This document shows positions 58,044 through 64,000 of a stretch of DNA of 64,000 bases, one piece after another; within the stretch, counting starts at the first letter, position 1, and the number at the start of each line of letters is the position of its first letter. A program made the translations under genes and the position numbers. Source of the DNA: Candidatus Collierbacteria bacterium GW2011_GWC2_44_18 (GTDB lineage: Bacteria; Patescibacteriota; Microgenomatia; UBA1400; MFAQ01); the NCBI GenBank assembly GCA_001000865.1, contig LCIE01000002.1, positions 32,992 to 96,991 of the forward strand, in the 5' to 3' direction. The notes under the pieces were generated by a model. It was not told the origin of the DNA. It worked only from the letters and a program-made list of their open reading frames with translations, and searched no databases.

Positions 58044-58058
58044 ACATAAAATATACTG

Positions 58059-58415
58059 ATGAAAAACAACCATTTCTCCTACATAGAATTACAATCGACC
58101 AATATTGGGGAAACAAAGAAGTTCTATTCAGCAGCTTTTAATTGGGTTTTTACGGATTATGGTCCAGATTACGCATCATTTTCCAATAGTGGTGTCGACG
58201 GTGGTTTTGCGAAAGTAAACTCCATAACCGGAAGCGGAACACTATTAGTTCTTTATCACAAAGATCTGGGTTTAATCAGAAAACAAATAATTGATTGTGG
58301 AGGAAAAATTGTCAAAGATATCTTTGCTTTTCCTGGTGGCAAGCGTTTTCACTTTACCGATCCAAGTGGAAATGAGCTAGCTGTTTGGTCAGAATCACAA
58401 GAAGGTGAGATCTGA
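58059..58415 (+). CDS. VOC/glyoxalase family protein
   Basis: YIEL, KFY..AF.W, FPGGKRFHFTDPSGNELAVW. Confidence 0.9.
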   Translation: MKNNHFSYIELQSTNIGETKKFYSAAFNWVFTDYGPDYASFSNSGVDGGFAKVNSITGSGTLLVLYHKDLGLIRKQIIDCGGKIVKDIFAFPGGKRFHFTDPSGNELAVWSESQEGEI

Positions 58416-58517
58416 GTACTGATATTGGGGTCTTGTGTCGAGACTTGCATATCTTGACACATTAGTGCTATCATCAATCCACAATTATCATTGATACTGC
58501 CCAATTAATTAAGAGAT

Positions 58518-58793
58518 ATGACCAAACAAACTCTCGTCAACATTGTTAGTAAAAAAGTCCATTTAACCAAAAAAGCCGTCAAAGAAACGGTAGATACCTT
58601 TTTTGAAGAGTCCATTGCTGCACTTGGGAAAGGTGAAAAAGTCGTAATTTCCGGATTCGGAACTTTCTACATTGGCAAGGTCGAGGATAAACAGGTTGTC
58701 CCCTTTGGGAATGAATCTAAGAGGCAAGTAGTCAAAGGACACAAAGTTATCAACTTTCATGTTGGTAAGCCTTTGAAGAAAAAAGTTGCCTAA
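58518..58793 (+). CDS. hup: HU family DNA-binding protein
   Basis: MTK..LV, GEKV.ISGFGTF, F..GK.LK. Confidence 0.9.
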   Translation: MTKQTLVNIVSKKVHLTKKAVKETVDTFFEESIAALGKGEKVVISGFGTFYIGKVEDKQVVPFGNESKRQVVKGHKVINFHVGKPLKKKVA

Positions 58794-59938
58794 TGCCGTC
58801 AGTCTTCATCAACACTTTTGGTTGCCAGGCGAACAAGTCCGACTCCGAGCGTATACTTGGGGACTATCTCTCACGCGGGTACGTCGAAGTTGACAATTGG
58901 AGACTTGCCGACGAAATCGTCATCAACACTTGTTCTGTCCGTCAGTCAGCCGAAGATCGCGTTACCGGATTCCTTTTGAATGTGGACAAGTTTTTCGCTG
59001 GGAGTCAGAGACCAAAAATAATTCTCACCGGCTGCATGCTCCATTTCAATGAAAAAGAAATAAGGACCCTTCTGCCCCAGATCGACGAAATTCTACCTAT
59101 TGGCGAAGTCGGGTTCAATCAAAAGGCGATCAGAAAAGAAAAGGACAAGGCTTTTATTCCCATTTCCTCTGGCTGTAATTCTTTTTGCACTTTTTGTATT
59201 GTGCCATTTTCCCGAGGTCGGGAACGTTCTCGTCCAATTGACGATATAGTTCGGGAAGTTGCAGAGTTATCCAAAGAAGGCTATACCGAAATCACCCTGT
59301 TGGGTCAAAACGTGAATTCTTGGGGCTTGGAAAAAGTCGGCGTGGCCCTCAGGAAGATGTTCATGGACAAAGATACCTTCAACCCCGACATTATTCCTTC
59401 AAACCAGTCTCAATATTTCAAACCACAAGACACTCCACCCTTTGTTACACTACTAAGGGAAATAAGCAAAATTGACGGCATTCAAAAGATTAGTTTTTTT
59501 ACGAGCAACCCTTGGGACTTCTGGGACGAGTTGGTTGATGAAATTTCGGCGAATCCCAAGATAGATAGGTTCATTCATTTACCGGTTCAGTCCGGCAGCA
59601 ATCGGATTCTCAAACTTATGAATAGGGGATACACTCAAGAATCCTACCTCGATTTAATTAATCAGATTAAAGCCAAAATCCCTGATGCGGTTTTTGGCAC
59701 AGATATAATCGTCGGCTTTCCTGGCGAAACGGATAAAGACTTTCAAGATACTCTGAATTTAGTTAAGGAAGTGGGTTTCAAAGTAGCCTTTGTCGCCCGT
59801 TATTCGCCTCGTCCCGGTACGGTTTCCGCCAAACTTTTCCCGGACGATATTCCGGCCAGGATCAAGAAAGAACGCTGGGAAATTTTGGATCAAATTGCCA
59901 ACAAAGACAATCTCAAATCTCGACCCATCGTCCCCTAG
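58793..59938 (+). CDS. miaB: MiaB-like tRNA methylthiotransferase (no TRAM domain)
   Basis: TFGCQAN, INTCSVR, GC, CNSFCTFC, DIIVGFPGET; adjacent to miaA. Confidence 0.85.
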   Translation: MPSVFINTFGCQANKSDSERILGDYLSRGYVEVDNWRLADEIVINTCSVRQSAEDRVTGFLLNVDKFFAGSQRPKIILTGCMLHFNEKEIRTLLPQIDEILPIGEVGFNQKAIRKEKDKAFIPISSGCNSFCTFCIVPFSRGRERSRPIDDIVREVAELSKEGYTEITLLGQNVNSWGLEKVGVALRKMFMDKDTFNPDIIPSNQSQYFKPQDTPPFVTLLREISKIDGIQKISFFTSNPWDFWDELVDEISANPKIDRFIHLPVQSGSNRILKLMNRGYTQESYLDLINQIKAKIPDAVFGTDIIVGFPGETDKDFQDTLNLVKEVGFKVAFVARYSPRPGTVSAKLFPDDIPARIKKERWEILDQIANKDNLKSRPIVP

Positions 59939-59945
59939 TTTCCCC

Positions 59946-59977
59946 GTCATTGCGAGGAGCGGAGCGACGTGGCAATC
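59946..59977 (+). repeat. Family A palindrome
   Basis: gtcattgcgaggagcggagcgacgtggcaatc. Confidence 0.8.
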
Positions 59978-60019
59978 CATCTGGAAAATAATAAATAAAT
60001 GTGAAATGTACAATTTAAA

Positions 60020-61117
60020 ATGAAAAATATTTTAGTCATCTGTGGACCAACTGCCTCCGGCAAAACCTCTCTCGCCCTTTCCGTTGCTAAAGAATTAACC
60101 GAACGTCATTCCGGGCTCGGCCCGGCCGCTGGTACCCGAAGGGGTAAATCCACCATTCCGTCATTGCGAGGGCAACCTGCCTGCCGTAGGTCGAAGATAT
60201 CGTGTATTTCACGATCAGGTCTCACTCCATCAGGATCAGTCAACATCCTCTCCGCCGACTCCAGACAGATATACCAGGGTCTGGACATCGTCACCGGCAA
60301 GGACATTCCTGCAGATCTCCCTCCAAACATTAGTTTTTTTGGTTTGGATTTGGTCGAGCCAAACCAAGCCTACAATCTCGCGGACTTCGTCAGTTATTCA
60401 CAGAAAATTATTCAAAGCTCCATTAAAGAGAATGTCCCCTTAATCATTGTTGGGGGAACCGGTTTGTATCTGAAAGCTATTACTTCAGATCTTCTCAACG
60501 TCCACGTTCCTCCGAATATTGATCTTCGTCGTGATCTAGAGAGGTTAGACCTTAAGACTTTGCAGTCTCGTCTCTTGGAATTAAATCCCAATAAACTCGC
60601 CTCCCTAAACAACTCAGATCTCCACAATCCCCGCCGTCTCATCCGCGCCATCGAAATATCATCGTCATTGCGCGATTCGACTTCCATAGATACCCCTTTA
60701 GAGGGTACGAACCAAAGCAATCCATCCTCTCTGGATCGCCACGCTTCGCTCACGATGACAGATATTTCTTTTCTCTGGATCGGACTACATCAAGACAAAG
60801 AGATTCAAAAGGCAAAAATTCGCCAAAGGGTTTTAGATCGTCTAGACTACGGCGCCATTGAAGAGGTTGAAAACTTGATGATAAAGTATCCCAACCACCG
60901 CCCCCCCATTTTTACCAGTCTTGGTGTCCAAGAAACCAGCAAGTTCTTGCACCAAGAAATCACTCGAGAAACACTTATCCATTTATGGACTGCCTCCGAA
61001 ATAGCTTATGCCCGGAGACAGATGGTCTGGTTCAAGAAACAACCCGGTATAGTTTGGTATGATAAAAGTACGATAGACAGCCACCTAATCGCTAAGCTGA
61101 CAGAAATATATAAATAA
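60020..61117 (+). CDS. miaA: tRNA dimethylallyltransferase with repeat-derived insertions
   Basis: GPTASGKT, SADSRQIY, VGGTGLY, RRLIRAIE, YARRQ..WF. Confidence 0.93.
   Translation: MKNILVICGPTASGKTSLALSVAKELTERHSGLGPAAGTRRGKSTIPSLRGQPACRRSKISCISRSGLTPSGSVNILSADSRQIYQGLDIVTGKDIPADLPPNISFFGLDLVEPNQAYNLADFVSYSQKIIQSSIKENVPLIIVGGTGLYLKAITSDLLNVHVPPNIDLRRDLERLDLKTLQSRLLELNPNKLASLNNSDLHNPRRLIRAIEISSSLRDSTSIDTPLEGTNQSNPSSLDRHASLTMTDISFLWIGLHQDKEIQKAKIRQRVLDRLDYGAIEEVENLMIKYPNHRPPIFTSLGVQETSKFLHQEITRETLIHLWTASEIAYARRQMVWFKKQPGIVWYDKSTIDSHLIAKLTEIYK
60105..60229 (+). repeat. Two tandem in-frame elements (family C and composite A) in miaA
   Basis: gtcattccggg..ccgctggtacccgaaggggtaaatcca and gtcattgcgag-ggcaacctgcctgccg..actcca. 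Confidence 0.85.
60664..60759 (+). repeat. In-frame REPIN-like doublet in miaA
   Basis: gtcattgcg..gcaatc followed by inverted ggatcgcc..cgatgac. Confidence 0.8.
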
Positions 61118-61118
61118 A

Positions 61119-62114
61119 ATGATCAAAAAGAAACACATTGTCTTTGATTTCTCCATTGGCAGTATCTTTTGGGTGCTTTTTTCGCTCGCCGCCGCTTATA
61201 TCCTCATGAAGCTTACCAGTGTCATCGCTCTATTGTTTATTGCCATTCTCATCACCCTAGCGGTTTGTCCTTTGGTGGATCATCTTGAAAAGTACCGAAT
61301 AAACCGAGCTCTTTCCTCGATAGTTATATTACTAGCAACATTTGGAACCATTATTTTTGCCATAGTCTCTCTTGCAGCCCCTCTTTTGGATCAAACCCAG
61401 CTATTTCTTCAAAAGTTGCCGGCGATAATTGACTCCGTTAGTCCGATCAAGTTGGCCGACGGTTCACTAACAGCTCAGTTTGCAAACGTACCCGGGAAGG
61501 TGCTTACCTTTGCGCTGGATACCTTCTCCGCTTTCATTACCGCCTTTACTGTTATCGTTATCAGCTTTTACATGATCCAGGACCTCCACAATTTGGAGAA
61601 GCATCTCAAATTCTGGTTCGGAGACAAAGGTTACCGCTACTTCGTGATTGCTGAGAAATTGGAGATTCAAATTGGTTATTGGGTGAGAGGTGAACTATTG
61701 CTTATGCTGTTGGTTGGTCTTTTAAGTTACTTTGGTTATCTCATCATCGGACTTCCTTTCGCTATCCCCTTGGCCTTTATAGCTGGTATGCTGGAACTCA
61801 TTCCAAATATTGGTCCTACCATAGCTACGATTCCTGCCGTCCTCGTCGGTTTTTCTATCTCCACCGGTCATGGTGTCGCCGCTCTTGTTGTTTCCCTCGT
61901 TGTTCAACAATTGGAGAACAATCTTATTGTTCCGAAGATCATGCAACGGGTGGCTGGACTAAATCCCATCATTACTATCGTCGCCATCATGATTGGCTTC
62001 CAGCTAGGAGGCCCTCTCCTCGCCATCCTGGCTCTGCCCACCGTGCTCAGTGCCCGAGTCATTCTAGGCCACGTCAGGCTGAACAAAGACACCACCATCC
62101 CCGAAATCGACTAA
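61119..62114 (+). CDS. AI-2E family transporter
   Basis: Multi-TM; ELIPNIGP, QQLENNLIVPKIM, GLNP. Confidence 0.9.
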   Translation: MIKKKHIVFDFSIGSIFWVLFSLAAAYILMKLTSVIALLFIAILITLAVCPLVDHLEKYRINRALSSIVILLATFGTIIFAIVSLAAPLLDQTQLFLQKLPAIIDSVSPIKLADGSLTAQFANVPGKVLTFALDTFSAFITAFTVIVISFYMIQDLHNLEKHLKFWFGDKGYRYFVIAEKLEIQIGYWVRGELLLMLLVGLLSYFGYLIIGLPFAIPLAFIAGMLELIPNIGPTIATIPAVLVGFSISTGHGVAALVVSLVVQQLENNLIVPKIMQRVAGLNPIITIVAIMIGFQLGGPLLAILALPTVLSARVILGHVRLNKDTTIPEID

Positions 62115-62150
62115 TCCTCACCCACTCGGCAAGGAATCCCATAACTTAGA

Positions 62151-63647
62151 CTAGAGATCGTCATTACCAAAAGAAACGAGGTCGTCGTTATCAACTCCTA
62201 GTCCATCTGTGTCAGATGATCCCTGATTGAATATTTTTTCGTAGGGTGATAAGTCTTGAGCTTGATAGGTTTTGTTTCTTTGTTCGGACCGCTTCATGAA
62301 TTCATTCCATCTTCTACCTACATTTAACTGATCAGTTTTTAGAACAAAACCTTCAAGCGAAATTCTGGTGGGGATACTATCTCCCGGAACTCTTTCAATT
62401 TCCATATCGGTCGGTATGCTGAACTGCCATCCCATTTCACGATCAATTTGTTTTATCAACTTGCGAGCTTTCCACCTGACGACTTCGATGGGAAAGCGGA
62501 CTTCACTGTCAAAATCAAAAAAAGGATATTCACTATGGGCACGTTCGAGAGTGTCGAACATGTCGTTTTCCCCATCCTTGGTTTGATGCATCTGCTTTAA
62601 TAAATAAAACATGCGCTGAAGGTACTCGGGGAACCGGTCTTTTTTTGACCACCTTTTCGCCAGAAAAAGAGAGTGTGTGCCCAAATCGAAGAGTGAATTC
62701 AGCTGGATATAGTCAAACGACAAAGCTTTTCCTTCTACCACTGCTTTGATGAGTCTCATCATTCCCCTGGGTTTGGCCAAGCTTTCTCCCTGGATAGTCA
62801 TCCTGTCAAAACCATAAATAGCTTTATTGGCGACGTATTCGTTTTCGATTCGGGTGTGGCCGGTGATGGCTGTCGTTAGGGCATTTTGGGAATAATAAAG
62901 CCCTTCTGAGCCGAGACAGACTTGATTTTGAGTGGTATCCCGACCGGCACAATAGCGTGGGAAATTTAATTCATTCTCACCCATATACTCAATACCATCA
63001 ACATCCACCCCGATATTTATAGCCGCCTTTTTGTTTTTTCGACTATTGGCAACTAGGGCATCATAGTCATTCCAAGGGAACTCATTCTCCTGCATAGAAA
63101 AAGGCGCGTGAGCCACAATATCTAAGACTGCTCTGGCAGGACCGCCCTTGTGCCAGACTTTCCTGTTTTTGGGTAAAGGAATTTCCTGCCAATTATCTTG
63201 AGTGGGATGTTTGACACGGAGAATGATACATTCTTCTCCCTTTATTAGTCTATTTTCTGTTTTAAATCTATCAGGCTGGTTTTTTATCATCTCTCCCAAA
63301 GGTAAAAAACATGTTTTTTGGGGAAATTCCTTCTGTTCGAATGAAGCTGCAATTTCCATGGAAAAATTCATAATAATATGGTCGGCCAAAGAGGCAAAAT
63401 CATCTCTTCCACTGGGAGTTAAAATGCTTGCCGATCGTAACTGTTTAAATAAGCCCTCGATTTGGGTTCCAAAATATTCACGTACCTCCAAGTCTGGATA
63501 AACTTGTAATTGTTGCCTGAAGCCAAGTAATAATCTGGCGGTTGCTTTCCACCAGGTGTTTGGCTCGCCCTCTAATATTTGTGGGAATTCGGAAATTTGG
63601 TGTCTGACCAATTCCCTTGATTGCCGTAGTTGTTCAACTCCAGACAT
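62151..63647 (-). CDS. Divergent class II (polyA/CCA-like) nucleotidyltransferase-fold protein; start uncertain
   Basis: KGGPAR..DYD, RDTTQN and PRGMMRLIK resemble class II motifs A, D and E. Confidence 0.55.
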   Translation of the reverse strand: MSGVEQLRQSRELVRHQISEFPQILEGEPNTWWKATARLLLGFRQQLQVYPDLEVREYFGTQIEGLFKQLRSASILTPSGRDDFASLADHIIMNFSMEIAASFEQKEFPQKTCFLPLGEMIKNQPDRFKTENRLIKGEECIILRVKHPTQDNWQEIPLPKNRKVWHKGGPARAVLDIVAHAPFSMQENEFPWNDYDALVANSRKNKKAAINIGVDVDGIEYMGENELNFPRYCAGRDTTQNQVCLGSEGLYYSQNALTTAITGHTRIENEYVANKAIYGFDRMTIQGESLAKPRGMMRLIKAVVEGKALSFDYIQLNSLFDLGTHSLFLAKRWSKKDRFPEYLQRMFYLLKQMHQTKDGENDMFDTLERAHSEYPFFDFDSEVRFPIEVVRWKARKLIKQIDREMGWQFSIPTDMEIERVPGDSIPTRISLEGFVLKTDQLNVGRRWNEFMKRSEQRNKTYQAQDLSPYEKIFNQGSSDTDGLGVDNDDLVSFGNDDL

Positions 63648-63736
63648 AGATTGATTCGTTATTTTACCATTACCCAAAACCAACAAAAGAAAATATAAAG
63701 AGTATACTAATGGTATTAGGTACTTTATAGGATATT

Positions 63737-64000
63737 ATGTTAGTTTTAATCTTACTTTTGGTTGTTGGATCCGGTCTTGTATATATTTCAAAATATAATT
63801 TCACACCCGTCTCGGTTAACTTGGGTGTGTATACACTTTCAAATATTCCGCTTTTTTATGTAATTGTCGGATCGATCGTAATTGGTCTAGTGTTATCATA
63901 TATTGCCTATTTGATTCATTCGATCTCGACCTCCATTAAGCTTCATGGAAAAGATAAGGAGATCAAAAATAGTAAAGATGAGATGCTTGAATCAACAAAG
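63737..64000 (+). CDS. LapA/DUF1049-like membrane protein (partial, runs off the window)
   Basis: TM-N.TPVSVNLG.Y..IPL..VI..S..IG-coiled coil. Confidence 0.65.
   Translation, partial: MLVLILLLVVGSGLVYISKYNFTPVSVNLGVYTLSNIPLFYVIVGSIVIGLVLSYIAYLIHSISTSIKLHGKDKEIKNSKDEMLESTK

Noticed and set aside
86-60759. Recurrent palindromes as a CRISPR array or integron attC sites
   Set aside because: They are dispersed, have variable interiors, show no regular repeat-spacer period, lack RYYYAAC/GTTRRRY ends, and there is no cas or intI gene in the window.

Overview
Bacterial chromosomal segment (standard code 11) that looks like a Patescibacteria/CPR genome, probably Microgenomates-like. The basis is the absence of rpmD between rpsE and rplO, a short AlaRS, a MEMO1-CapA fusion and core genes without Shine-Dalgarno (SD) sites. 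It carries alaS, sortase, ruvX, mltG, rpoBC, the str, S10, spc and alpha clusters through rplM-rpsI, rnhB, a large alpha-2-macroglobulin (A2M)-like gene, tRNA-Pro(GGG), recA-recX-rny, HU and miaB-miaA. Several unusual layers sit on this core. (1) The A2M-like protein has a complete Hint (intein-like) domain where the bait region should be and lacks the CxEQ thioester motif. (2) About ten self-contained orphan units (promoter, SD, ORF, terminator) are inserted among core genes that lack an SD; two encode TIR-like proteins without the catalytic Glu. (3) About 30 short palindromic REP/RPE-like repeats of several nested families occur, some translated in frame inside rplV, rny, miaA and the MEMO-CapA gene, with a decayed RAYT-type transposase and an IS5-like element nearby. 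(4) A radical SAM plus PLP-enzyme pair splits the str operon. (5) A divergent class II nucleotidyltransferase lies near the end. All calls were made by eye from motifs; no database searches were run.
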